DNA of 64,000 nucleotides, taken from Patescibacteria group bacterium (lineage in GTDB: Bacteria; Patescibacteriota; Patescibacteriia; UBA1558; GWA2-36-10). The notes under the pieces were generated by a model that worked only from the letters and a program-made list of their open reading frames with translations, was not told where the DNA came from and ran no database searches. The number at the start of each line of letters is the position of its first letter. Positions within the stretch are counted from its first letter, which is position 1. The position numbers and the translations under genes are program-made. Location of the stretch: the NCBI GenBank assembly GCA_041662585.1, contig JBAZSG010000001.1:130381-194380 (forward strand), written 5' to 3'. This document shows, piece by piece, positions 48,949 to 58,635 of this stretch.

Positions 48949-48963
48949 TCCGCTCGAGGCGGA
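48949..48963 (-). terminator. terminator of the 3D-domain gene
   Basis: TCCGC-TCGAG-GCGGA with A-tract on the plus strand (U-tract on minus transcript). Confidence 0.5.
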
Positions 48964-49137
48964 CTTTACGTAAAATAAATTCTACCCAAAATCCTTTTAA
49001 GTTTTATTTATTTTTAGATCAACTATCATTGAAATATTATATTTATTTAATAGCACTTTTTACAGTGTTCGTATTATATACTATTTTTTATAACTTGTCA
49101 AACCCCATAAACAACAATTTATCCCCAAATACAAAGC

Positions 49138-49647
49138 TTAAAGTATCTCCATTTTAAGAAATTGGGAACCAAATTTTATAGCCTCAGAGCGTTCAGCCAT
49201 CCAAATATCCATTTGGTAATAATAACGCTTATTCATACGGTCTTCAACCACAAACTGCTTGTCCCCATATACCTCAGGAAAACGTACCAAAGTGCCTTTT
49301 GGTAAAAAATTGGTAGCCACAATACCATCTCTAACCTGCGTATTAAAGGCGGTGATAAAAGGAGTATCGTCAGTTTGACCAACTTCACTATTATAAGCAG
49401 AAACCATGATATACATAGTTCTATCAGCCTCTCTAGCTGGTATTTCTGGTAGTCCAGCTCCACTGTGATAAGCGCTAATTGACTGCTCGGGTATAGGACC
49501 AATAGCGGTATTTCTATAAAAACCTTGAGAAACAGTAATCTGCGGAAAACCAAAGGTAGCTACAAAAACCAATAAAAACAAGGGTTTTAATATATATTCT
49601 AATTCTTTTTTCAGCTGTTTTACTAAATTTTTAATATAATTTTTCAT
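49138..49647 (-). CDS. 3D-domain (MltA/RlpA-like) cell-wall protein with N-terminal TM/signal
   Basis: SAYNSEVGQTDDTPFITA...GIVA...DIWM pattern of 3D domains (three conserved Asp); 169 aa. Confidence 0.6.
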   Translation of the reverse strand: MKNYIKNLVKQLKKELEYILKPLFLLVFVATFGFPQITVSQGFYRNTAIGPIPEQSISAYHSGAGLPEIPAREADRTMYIMVSAYNSEVGQTDDTPFITAFNTQVRDGIVATNFLPKGTLVRFPEVYGDKQFVVEDRMNKRYYYQMDIWMAERSEAIKFGSQFLKMEIL

Positions 49648-49844
49648 AAATTCAGGTAAATTAAAAATCCCTGTTTTTTGGGATATTGCGCCATTTTAGC
49701 ACAAATCATTATTTTTGTCAATAGTAGAAGATAAAAAAATATTTTACGTACTAAACTAATAGTTACTAAAAAGTTGTACTTGTATAAAAAAATTGATATA
49801 CTATAAAAACTATTTTAATTAAATAATTAAATTATAAAAAATAT

Positions 49845-50609
49845 ATGGAAGAAAATAGAAATCAAAGAGGCATTATTGATAACCTCAAACCAAAAACAGC
49901 CTTTAAGGCCGGTCTATTTAGTGGTCTATTGATTGTTATTGTTATTGGCTTTTTTGTCTTATTGGGTATGGTGCTTAATGGCAAAGACTTGTCATCAGAC
50001 AAAAACAATAATGATGATAATAATGTGGTAGTCAATAATGGCGACACAGTCACTCCTCCAGCTGCCGATGCTCCAATTGTCATAAATGGTCTTAGTGATG
50101 GCGACTGGGTACGTGGTGACAAAAATGCCAAAATTACTATTGTAGAATTTTCTGACATTGACTGTCCATTTTGTACAAGATTTCATGATACTATGAATCA
50201 AGTAATGAAAGACTACAGTGGTAAAGTAAATTGGGTTTATCGACATTTCCCATTAACCAGTCTTCATCCAGATGCTTTCAAAAAAGCGGTTGCGGCTGAA
50301 TGTGTCGGCGAACAAGGTGGTAATGACAAATTTTGGTCTTTCTTAGACAAGCTATTTGCTGAGGATGAAACCATAGCTGATATGGCTGATATGGCTGTTT
50401 CTGTAGGAGTAGACAAAACAAAATTTGAAGAATGTTTGGCTTCTAACAAATATGATACTAAAATTCAAAATCAAAGTAGTGAAGCTCAAAAAGCTGGTGG
50501 CCGTGGTACACCATATAGTGTGATTTTATCTGGTAGTCAAAAAGTGGCTATCCCTGGGGCTCTACCATACGCCAGTGTACAAGCTTCTCTTGATGCTCTA
50601 TTAAAATAA
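49845..50609 (+). CDS. DsbA-like thiol:disulfide oxidoreductase, membrane-anchored
   Basis: N-terminal TM, thioredoxin fold with CPFC active site (DIDCPFCTRFH); 254 aa. Confidence 0.75.
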   Translation: MEENRNQRGIIDNLKPKTAFKAGLFSGLLIVIVIGFFVLLGMVLNGKDLSSDKNNNDDNNVVVNNGDTVTPPAADAPIVINGLSDGDWVRGDKNAKITIVEFSDIDCPFCTRFHDTMNQVMKDYSGKVNWVYRHFPLTSLHPDAFKKAVAAECVGEQGGNDKFWSFLDKLFAEDETIADMADMAVSVGVDKTKFEECLASNKYDTKIQNQSSEAQKAGGRGTPYSVILSGSQKVAIPGALPYASVQASLDALLK

Positions 50610-50718
50610 TATAAAATTAAAAAACCATCGCCAGTAGCTTTGTGCGAAAAACGGTGGTTTTTATATTAATAAAAATAATGTATAATAAAATCAAATATAA
50701 TAATTAAATTTTATATAT

Positions 50719-51357
50719 ATGAAAAAAGAAAATAGAATCTGGTTTTGGAGTATAGCGATATTGGTCTTTATAGCTTTGACTTGGTTAATGATTAATTTGG
50801 CCAATCCCAATACCGAAGGTTCTACAGTAGTCACTGACCAAGAATGGTCAACTGGTAATCCAGAGGCACTAGTAACTTTGATAGAATATAGTGATTTTCA
50901 ATGTCCAGCCTGTGCTAATTATCAGCCTATGATAAAAAAACTAGCTGAAGAAATGGGTGATAAAATACAAATTATTTATAGACATTTTCCTTTGTCTTCT
51001 ATACATTCTCAAGCTCAGCTAGCTGCTCAGGCAGCTGAAGCAGCTGGTCAACAAAATGCTTTTTGGGCTATGCATGACAAATTGTTTGAAGGACAATCCA
51101 CTTGGTCCAACCAGTCCAATGCTGAAGAAATATTTATAAACTATGCTGAAAAATTAGAATTAAATATTGAACAATTTAAATCTGATTTAGATAATAATGC
51201 TATAGAAGATGCGATTAAGGATGATGTCCGTAGTGGTAATCAAGCTTTGGTTGAAGGAACTCCTACCTTTTTTCTAAATGGTGAGAAAATAAATAATCCA
51301 AGATCTTATGACAAATTTAGACAACTCATCAATGATGAACTCTCCAAGATCCAATAA
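50719..51357 (+). CDS. DsbA-like thiol:disulfide oxidoreductase, membrane-anchored
   Basis: N-terminal TM, CPAC active site (FQCPACANY); 212 aa. Confidence 0.75.
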   Translation: MKKENRIWFWSIAILVFIALTWLMINLANPNTEGSTVVTDQEWSTGNPEALVTLIEYSDFQCPACANYQPMIKKLAEEMGDKIQIIYRHFPLSSIHSQAQLAAQAAEAAGQQNAFWAMHDKLFEGQSTWSNQSNAEEIFINYAEKLELNIEQFKSDLDNNAIEDAIKDDVRSGNQALVEGTPTFFLNGEKINNPRSYDKFRQLINDELSKIQ

Positions 51358-51769
51358 ATTAAGCTATGGCTTTGTGGCTATAGCCTTGATTGGTTTTTTG
51401 GATGCTGTTTATCTTACTGTGTCTCACTATACTGGTGCTATCAATTGCTCCCTAATAACCGGTTGTCAGGAAGTACTGAGTAGTAAATATAGTGAGATTT
51501 TTGGCATACCTCTAGCTCTACTAGGAGCAGCTTTTTATCTATTTATCTTAATAAATGCTTTGCTATATATAGATAATAAAAATAAATATAGTAAATTGGT
51601 CTTATCATATCTACCTATTTTTGGTTTTTTATTTTCTCTAGTGTTAGTTTATCTAATGTTTTTTGTAATAAAAGCCCTATGCCAATATTGTTTGTTATCA
51701 GCTACTACCTCTACCTTGCTACTTATCTTGAGTATTATATTTATTAAAAATAATAAACCAGAAAAATAA
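51308..51769 (+). CDS. vitamin K epoxide reductase (VKOR) homolog (start likely at the internal MMNS, about 51332)
   Basis: Loop Cys pair (CSLITGC) and TM-embedded CQYC active site; 4-5 TM helices. Confidence 0.65.
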   Translation: MTNLDNSSMMNSPRSNKLSYGFVAIALIGFLDAVYLTVSHYTGAINCSLITGCQEVLSSKYSEIFGIPLALLGAAFYLFILINALLYIDNKNKYSKLVLSYLPIFGFLFSLVLVYLMFFVIKALCQYCLLSATTSTLLLILSIIFIKNNKPEK

Positions 51770-51773
51770 AAAT

Positions 51774-52157
51774 ATGTTTAAAGAATTTAAAAAATTTGCT
51801 ATCAAGGGCAATGTCTTGGACATGGCTGTCGGTGTAATCATCGGTGCAGCTTTTGGAAAAATAGTCACCTCGTTTGTAAATGACCTTATAATGCCTCCCA
51901 TAAGCGTATTGACTGGCGGTGTTAATTTTTCAAAATTGGCCATAACTTTAAAAAAGGCTAGTGATACTTCTACGGCCATAACTTTAAACTATGGTGCTTT
52001 TATAAATACTACTTTGGATTTTTTAATTATTTCTTTTTCAATTTTTATCATGGTCAAACAAATAAATAAATTTAAAAAGAAAGAAGAGGCTAAGGCAAAA
52101 GAAATTCCAGAAGATATTTTGCTACTAAGAGAAATAAGAGACACTCTAAAAAAATAA
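51774..52157 (+). CDS. mscL: large-conductance mechanosensitive channel
   Basis: [31 protein letters not shown]... near-canonical MscL N-terminus/TM1; 127 aa. Confidence 0.9.
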   Translation: MFKEFKKFAIKGNVLDMAVGVIIGAAFGKIVTSFVNDLIMPPISVLTGGVNFSKLAITLKKASDTSTAITLNYGAFINTTLDFLIISFSIFIMVKQINKFKKKEEAKAKEIPEDILLLREIRDTLKK

Positions 52158-52232
52158 AAATCTTTTAAAATCGTCCGCTGATTGTGCTGAGGGCGGTTTT
52201 TTTAATAGCCAAATTGTGATAAAATAAAGGAT

Positions 52233-53057
52233 ATGGGAAAAGCAAGTTTAGACGAACTAAAAATTATTGCCAATCTTATCCGTCAAGACATCGTCAAGAT
52301 GTTAAATACTGCTGGCTCTGGACATGCCGGTGGCTCTTTGGGTATGGCTGATATTTTTACTGTGCTTTATTTTAATATTTTAAAACACACACCATTGCAA
52401 ACTAAAAATATATATAGGGATAGACTAGTATTGTCCAATGGTCATATTTGTCCGGTCCAATATGCAACTCTGGCTAGAGCTGGATACTTTCCATTGGTAA
52501 AACTAAAAAGTCTACGTAAAATAAATAGCGCTTTACAAGGACATCCACACCAAAATTCTTTACCGGGTATAGAAACTAGCTCTGGCCCACTAGGACAAGG
52601 AATATCTCAGGCAGTAGGTATGGCACTAGCTGCTAAAATAAACAAACAAAGTCATCATATCTTTTGTATCACTTCTGACGGCGAACACAATGAAGGCCAA
52701 GTTTGGGAAGCTGTCATGTCGGCCTATAAATACAAGCTAAACAATCTGATAAATATCATAGATTACAATGGTATCCAAATAGATGGTTTTACCAAAGACA
52801 TTATGCCTTTGGGTTCACTTCGTAAAAAATATGAATCTTTTGGTTGGTATGTATTAGAAATGAATGGACATAATATAAAAGAAATAATCAAAACTTTACA
52901 ACAAGCCAAACAGATAAAAAATCCGGTAGCGGTCATTGCTCACACTACCTTGGGCAAGGGTGTTTCTTTTATGACCAATAAATTTGTTTGGCATGGACTC
53001 GCTCCCAATGAAAAAGAAACTAGAATGGCTCTAAAAGAATTAGAAAATGCCAAATAA
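52233..53057 (+). CDS. transketolase, N-terminal (TPP-binding) subunit
   Basis: GHAGGSLGMADIF, GDGE...NEGQVWEA TPP motif; 274 aa; split-gene arrangement. Confidence 0.9.
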   Translation: MGKASLDELKIIANLIRQDIVKMLNTAGSGHAGGSLGMADIFTVLYFNILKHTPLQTKNIYRDRLVLSNGHICPVQYATLARAGYFPLVKLKSLRKINSALQGHPHQNSLPGIETSSGPLGQGISQAVGMALAAKINKQSHHIFCITSDGEHNEGQVWEAVMSAYKYKLNNLINIIDYNGIQIDGFTKDIMPLGSLRKKYESFGWYVLEMNGHNIKEIIKTLQQAKQIKNPVAVIAHTTLGKGVSFMTNKFVWHGLAPNEKETRMALKELENAK

Positions 53058-53991
53058 AAATATAAAACTAAAATCTACTCGTGACGGCTTTGGGGAAGCT
53101 ATTCTTGAGTTGGCCAAAAAAAATAAAGACATCGTAGTGGTATCAGCTGATTTAGCCGAGTCTACTCGTGTCCACAATTTTGCCAAAAAATATCCTGATC
53201 GTTTTATAGAGGTGGGCGTAGCCGAACAAAATATGATGGGCATAGCCTCTGGACTAGCCATAGAAGGCAAAATACCCTATGCAACTAGCTTTGGTGTTTT
53301 TAGTCCCGGAAGAAACTGGGATCAACTACGAGTCTCTGTCTGCTATTCCAATAACAACGTCAAAATAATAGCTAGTCACACTGGCCTATCAGTAGGTCCT
53401 GATGGAGCAAGTCATCAGGCTCTAGAAGATATCGCTATTACACGCTGTTTGCCAAATTTAGTAGTCTTGGCTCCAGCCGACTTCAATGAAACTAAAGCAG
53501 TCACTATAGCTGCTGCCAAACACATTGGTCCTGTTTATATACGTTTTGCCCGTCAGGCTAGCCCAATTTTTACTCAAAATAAAAACTTTAATATTGGCAA
53601 AGCCACTATACTACTAGCTGGTAAAGATATTACACTAATAGGCATTGGCCCACTTCTTTATGAAGCTATACTAGCTGCCAAAGAATTGGCCAAAAAAAAT
53701 ATAAAAGTAGAAATTATAAACTCAGCTAGTATAAAACCTTTAGACAAAAATACTATATTACGTAGTGTCAAAAAAACTGGCAAAGTCATTACTCTAGAAG
53801 ATCATCAAATAACTGGAGGTTTGGGTGGAGCAATAGCTGAATTATTGGCCAAACATTTACCAACTCCTATAACAATGATGGGGATGCAAGATAAATTTGG
53901 TGAGTCAGGTAATGCTCCTGAGCTTTGGGACAAATATCAACTAAATCATCATTATATTATAAAAAATATATTAGCTTTACTTAAAAAATAA
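53047..53991 (+). CDS. transketolase, C-terminal (pyrimidine-binding) subunit
   Basis: Typical transketolase Pyr and C-terminal domains; overlaps the upstream subunit gene by 11 nt. Confidence 0.9.
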   Translation: MPNKNIKLKSTRDGFGEAILELAKKNKDIVVVSADLAESTRVHNFAKKYPDRFIEVGVAEQNMMGIASGLAIEGKIPYATSFGVFSPGRNWDQLRVSVCYSNNNVKIIASHTGLSVGPDGASHQALEDIAITRCLPNLVVLAPADFNETKAVTIAAAKHIGPVYIRFARQASPIFTQNKNFNIGKATILLAGKDITLIGIGPLLYEAILAAKELAKKNIKVEIINSASIKPLDKNTILRSVKKTGKVITLEDHQITGGLGGAIAELLAKHLPTPITMMGMQDKFGESGNAPELWDKYQLNHHYIIKNILALLKK

Positions 53992-53995
53992 ATAT

Positions 53996-54958
53996 ATGCG
54001 ACAAGCGTTTATAGAATTTCAAAAACAATTTGCTTACAATCCAATAATTAAAAATAAAAAAAAGTATAAACCTGCCAAAAAATATATTATTTTGGGTATG
54101 GGTGGTTCACATTTGGCCGCTGATGTAATCAAAAGTATAAACCCAAGTATTGAAATGTTGATTCATAGTGATTATGGCTTACCAGCTTTAGCTGACAAGG
54201 AATTAAAAAATTATTTGATTATTGCTAGCTCTTATTCTGGTAATACTGAAGAAGTGATTGATGGTCTAAAAATAGCTTATCAAAAAAAATTAAATATCAT
54301 CATCCTAGCTACTGGCGGTAAACTGATAAAATTTGCCACAGCTAATAACTTGCCATATATTCAGCTGCCAGATTTTGGTATTCAGCCCCGTAGCGCTCTA
54401 GGCTTTTCTTGTAGGGCACTACTCAAAGCTATGGTTCAAAACAAATTATACGCAGAGACTAATATTTTAACCAAAATACTAAAAGGTAAAAATTATGAAG
54501 TACCTGGTAAAAAATTGGCCAAAGAATTAAAAAATAAAATACCAATCATATATGCCTCTAGCAACAATTTTTCGCTAGCCTATAATTGGAAAATAAAATT
54601 TAATGAAACTGGAAAAATACCTGCTTTTTATAATGTCTTCCCCGAACTCAATCACAATGAAATGACTGGCTTTGATGTAGCCAAACAGACAAAAGATTTG
54701 TCAAAAAACTTTGTATTTATATTTATCCGTGATGATAAAGATCACAAACAAGTTAAAAAGCGTATGGATGTTGTAAGTAGCTTATACAAAAAAAGAAAAT
54801 TGCCAATAATAAATATAAAGCTAGCTGGTAAAAATAAATGGTTACAAATATTTTCCAACCTCTTACTAGCTGATTGGGCATCATATTATACTTCGCAAGG
54901 CTATGGTCTAGAATCTGAAAAGGTACCAATGGTAGAAGATTTTAAAAAATTATTATAA
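53996..54958 (+). CDS. bifunctional phosphoglucose/phosphomannose isomerase (archaeal-type, SIS domain)
   Basis: ILGMGGSHLAADV SIS motif, about 320 aa size characteristic of the PGI/PMI family. Confidence 0.7.
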   Translation: MRQAFIEFQKQFAYNPIIKNKKKYKPAKKYIILGMGGSHLAADVIKSINPSIEMLIHSDYGLPALADKELKNYLIIASSYSGNTEEVIDGLKIAYQKKLNIIILATGGKLIKFATANNLPYIQLPDFGIQPRSALGFSCRALLKAMVQNKLYAETNILTKILKGKNYEVPGKKLAKELKNKIPIIYASSNNFSLAYNWKIKFNETGKIPAFYNVFPELNHNEMTGFDVAKQTKDLSKNFVFIFIRDDKDHKQVKKRMDVVSSLYKKRKLPIINIKLAGKNKWLQIFSNLLLADWASYYTSQGYGLESEKVPMVEDFKKLL

Positions 54959-54965
54959 ATAAAAA

Positions 54966-54988
54966 ACAGCCCGTCAAGGGCTGTTTTT
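54966..54988. terminator. bidirectional intrinsic terminator
   Basis: AAAAAACAGCCC-GTCA-AGGGCTGTTTTT. Confidence 0.7.
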
Positions 54989-54995
54989 GCTAGTT

Positions 54996-55403
54996 TTATT
55001 TTGCTCTAAAAGTAAGATAACGATTACCAAAAAAATTCCAAAAAGTTACTATAGCGGCTGCCAAAAATTTGGCCCATAAATAATGTAACTCTAATTTTTC
55101 AACCGAAATATACATAATGTTATTGTTGATAATAAGTCCTAGTGTAGCCAAAACAAAAAATATTGGCAATTGCTTCCTATGTTGACCATTGGATTTAAAT
55201 GTCCAGCGTTTATTAAGCCAATAATTGGTAGACCCTCCAATAATAAAAGATATAGTAGCTGATATTAAATAATGTAATCCGGCAAACTCCGTTAAAATAA
55301 ACAAAGTACCAAAGTCCAAAATACCCGAAATAGCCCCCACCGAAGCGTACTTACTCAATAAATATCTACTATTATAAATATATTTCCAAGTAACTTTAAA
55401 CAT
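54996..55403 (-). CDS. GtrA-family polysaccharide-synthesis membrane protein
   Basis: 4 TM, YLLSKYASVGAISGILDFG...NRYLTF GtrA pattern; 135 aa. Confidence 0.7.
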   Translation of the reverse strand: MFKVTWKYIYNSRYLLSKYASVGAISGILDFGTLFILTEFAGLHYLISATISFIIGGSTNYWLNKRWTFKSNGQHRKQLPIFFVLATLGLIINNNIMYISVEKLELHYLWAKFLAAAIVTFWNFFGNRYLTFRAK

Positions 55404-55474
55404 CTATACTTATCTTTACTTTTTATTTGAAGTAATATAATCTTACTATATTAATTGCTTAAAATCAATTTTAA

Positions 55475-56365
55475 ATGCCCAAGAATAAAAAAATTATATT
55501 GGTAACTGGTGGAGCTGGATTTATAGGCTCTAACTTAATTGAAAAATTATTAAAATCAAAAAATAATAAAGTTATTTCTCTGGATAATTATTTTTCTGGC
55601 TCTACAAAAAATCATATACCAGGGGCTATTTATCGTCGTGGACATACCAAGGACATTGCCAAATATATCAAAGAAAGACCAGATATCATATATCATCTAG
55701 GTGAATATTCTAGAGTAGCTGCCAGCTTGGACGAACCAAAACTTGTTTGGGATCTCAATGTAGCTGGTACTTTTGCGGTGTTAGAATTTTGGCGTAAACA
55801 TAAATGCAAATTGGTCTATGCTGGCTCTTCTACCAAATTTAATCCCCAAAATGCCCAAGGCATAGAAGGTAGAGACCTAGCACCTTATACTTGGAGCAAA
55901 GCTATAAATACTGAACTAGTAAAAAATTATGCTACTTGGTATGGACTAAAATATGCGACTGTTTATTTTTATAATGTCTATGGTCCGCGAGAAAGAGCTG
56001 GCCAATTTGATGGAGCCTATGGCACTATTATTGAAACCATAAAACAAAGTTACCTAAAAAATGAAACTTGTTTAATCCGAAAACCTGGTACTCAAACCAG
56101 AGCCTTTACCCATGTAGCCGATACTGTCGATGGCATTATACTGGCTGGTCAATACGGCCAAGGTGATGACTATGGTATCAGTGCCAAAGAAACCTACTCT
56201 TTACTAGAAGTGGCCAAGATGTTTGGTTGTTTGATAAAAATGGCTCCAGCTACCAAAACTAGTCGCTCGGCCAAAGCTTTTGATTCTGCTAAAATAAAAA
56301 AACTGGGTTGGAAACAACAATATACTTTAAAATCTTATATAGCTGAAATTAAAAAGCAAAAATAG
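55475..56365 (+). CDS. NAD-dependent nucleotide-sugar epimerase/dehydratase (SDR family)
   Basis: ILVTGGAGFIGSNL Rossmann motif, YxxxK (YTWSK) catalytic pair; 296 aa. Confidence 0.8.
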   Translation: MPKNKKIILVTGGAGFIGSNLIEKLLKSKNNKVISLDNYFSGSTKNHIPGAIYRRGHTKDIAKYIKERPDIIYHLGEYSRVAASLDEPKLVWDLNVAGTFAVLEFWRKHKCKLVYAGSSTKFNPQNAQGIEGRDLAPYTWSKAINTELVKNYATWYGLKYATVYFYNVYGPRERAGQFDGAYGTIIETIKQSYLKNETCLIRKPGTQTRAFTHVADTVDGIILAGQYGQGDDYGISAKETYSLLEVAKMFGCLIKMAPATKTSRSAKAFDSAKIKKLGWKQQYTLKSYIAEIKKQK

Positions 56366-56366
56366 T

Positions 56367-57548
56367 ATGAAAAAGATTTTGATTTTTTCACTAGCTTATT
56401 TTCCAAACAATGTCAGCGGTGCCGAAATGGCTATACGAGAAATCACTGATCGTATAACTGATATTGAATTTCATATGGTCACTCTACGATATAATAATCA
56501 ACTGCCCAAAGTTGAAAAAATTGGCAATGTACTAATCCATAGGATTGGTATCAGTACCAAAAATCCAGCTATAAAAGATCTGGGCAAATTACCACTGGAT
56601 CTAAACAAAGCACTGTATCAGTTTTTGGCTCCACTATATGCCTTGTTTTTGCACCGCCAGTATAAATATGATGGAGTTTGGGCTATGATGGCTCACTCCA
56701 CTGGAGTGCCGGCTAGTATTTTTAATATTTTTCACCCTAAAATTAAATATGCTTTGACTCTTCAAGAAGGAGATCCTCCAGAATATATAGAGCGCACCCT
56801 GCGTCCCTTATGGCCACTGTTTAGTAGAGCCTTCAAAAAAGCTACTGTTGTTCAGGCTATTTCTACTTATTTGGCTGATTGGGCTCGCCGTCGTGGTGTC
56901 AAAGACAGTGTTATAGAATTGATTCACAATGGTGCCAATGCTCATGATATAAAAAATGATCTAAATCCCAAAGACTTAGAAGATTTAAAACAAAAACTGG
57001 GCAAAAAACCAGCTGATATATACTTGGTAAATACTGCTAGACTGGTATATCAAAAAGCCAATAATAATACGATAGAGGCTTTGAGCAAATTGCCAGCTAA
57101 TATAAAATTTTTAGTGGTGGGAGCTGGCCCTGAAGAAGATATGCTAAAAGATTTAACTAAAAAATTAAATCTTAGTGAACGCGTTATTTTTGTGGGACAA
57201 GTTGATAGAAACGAAGCAAGTAAATATAGGAAAATATCTGATATCTTTGTCTGCCCTAGTCGATCAGAGGGCTTGGGCAATGCTTTTTTGTCAGCTATGG
57301 CTACTGGCTTACCAGTGATAGCTACTCAAGAAGGTGGACTTAGTGAATTTGTTTTTGATCAAAAAACTGCCTGGGTAGTAGACAAAGATTCTCCTGATCA
57401 AATAGTAACAGCTGTAAATGATATATTGGCCAATCCTGACAAAGTAAAAACCATCACTGATCAGGCTCGTCAAATGATTATAAAAAAATACGATTGGGAT
57501 CTTGTAGCTCAAGAAATGCGTAGCAAAATATTTGAAAAAATATTTTAA
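56367..57548 (+). CDS. GT4-family glycosyltransferase
   Basis: EGLGNAFLSAMATGLPVIAT (E-x7-E region) of GT-B retaining glycosyltransferases; 393 aa. Confidence 0.8.
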   Translation: MKKILIFSLAYFPNNVSGAEMAIREITDRITDIEFHMVTLRYNNQLPKVEKIGNVLIHRIGISTKNPAIKDLGKLPLDLNKALYQFLAPLYALFLHRQYKYDGVWAMMAHSTGVPASIFNIFHPKIKYALTLQEGDPPEYIERTLRPLWPLFSRAFKKATVVQAISTYLADWARRRGVKDSVIELIHNGANAHDIKNDLNPKDLEDLKQKLGKKPADIYLVNTARLVYQKANNNTIEALSKLPANIKFLVVGAGPEEDMLKDLTKKLNLSERVIFVGQVDRNEASKYRKISDIFVCPSRSEGLGNAFLSAMATGLPVIATQEGGLSEFVFDQKTAWVVDKDSPDQIVTAVNDILANPDKVKTITDQARQMIIKKYDWDLVAQEMRSKIFEKIF

Positions 57549-58633
57549 TGCAGACCTATTTGTCTTTGCTTCTCTTCTTCGCTACGCAAATTGTCACGCT
57601 CTTGTTTATATTCTTCAATAAAATGGTTATCAACTAGCTTATCTTCCAAAACACTAGAAAGCACATTGATCCAAAGATCAATGCGTTTTTTATTTAAAAT
57701 TTTGTGATCTCCAACAGCGTTTTCAAGAGTGTTGGTATAATACCAAATCAATTCTGTCAAACGAAAAAGTCTCATCAAACGAAGGACCAAATATTCTGAT
57801 TTATTTCTATTGTCTTTAATATACTTTAGCAATAGCTCCGCTAATTGGCCATTGTGTAAAGTCATAAAATTTATAAATCTAGCCCAACCTTCGTATTTAT
57901 TACCAAAACGAATTGAAGAATGATCTAATAAATATAGCTCATTGCCTCTAACCCGAAAATTATGAGGTACCAAATCCCAATGAGTAAGGAAGTTGGCATA
58001 CAAATCTATCACTACCAAATTGCTTTGAAAAAAATTTCTAAGGTTTTGTAATAATTTATTTAGCTCTGGCTTATCTACTAAAGCTTGTTCTATATTATAA
58101 GAATTTTCATTTAATTTTTTTAGATAAGTGTCAGCTGTCCAAATACCAAAAGTCTTGGCAATCAGCTTGGCATGTTCATGAGTAGTAGCATGGACTGCCT
58201 CTTGAGATTCAAATATCTTAAGGGCTATAAAAAATTGATCCTGAAGTGGTCGCTCTAAAAAAGAAATTTTCTGTTCAATAAATTCAGTAACAAGTATTGT
58301 ATAATCTTGTTTTTTTGTATACAAAATTTCTGCCGGAGAAGAAAATACATGATAAGCAAAATCTATTTTACTCAAAATTTTACGAGCATTCCATTCACTG
58401 TCTATCTCTCTGATCATGGCCTTATCATTTGATACTTTGATAATTACTTTTTTATTATCACTAGTACGCTGACCAAGCAAAACCAATTTTTTATCTCCTG
58501 ACAAATAACGCTCGCCACCAATATGTACTTGCTTTTCGTCCAAAACAAAACCAAGCTTCTGTAATAATAAAGCAACTGTAATCAATTGTTGATCTCTAAA
58601 TTTTTCCCAATTTCTTTTATAATTATCTGCCAT
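57545..58633 (-). CDS. kinase-like protein (aminoglycoside/choline-kinase-type phosphotransferase fold)
   Basis: HWDLVPHNF (Brenner H-x-D-x4-N) and LLDHSS motifs; 362 aa; sits between two glycosyltransferase genes. Confidence 0.45.
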   Translation of the reverse strand: MADNYKRNWEKFRDQQLITVALLLQKLGFVLDEKQVHIGGERYLSGDKKLVLLGQRTSDNKKVIIKVSNDKAMIREIDSEWNARKILSKIDFAYHVFSSPAEILYTKKQDYTILVTEFIEQKISFLERPLQDQFFIALKIFESQEAVHATTHEHAKLIAKTFGIWTADTYLKKLNENSYNIEQALVDKPELNKLLQNLRNFFQSNLVVIDLYANFLTHWDLVPHNFRVRGNELYLLDHSSIRFGNKYEGWARFINFMTLHNGQLAELLLKYIKDNRNKSEYLVLRLMRLFRLTELIWYYTNTLENAVGDHKILNKKRIDLWINVLSSVLEDKLVDNHFIEEYKQERDNLRSEEEKQRQIGLH

Positions 58634-58635
58634 AT

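Noticed and set aside
52160-52200. Terminator after mscL (CCGCTGATTGTGCTGAGGGCGG + T7)
   Set aside because: The stem is imperfect (only about 4-5 bp pair cleanly). The T-tract is real but the hairpin is too weak for me to call it confidently.
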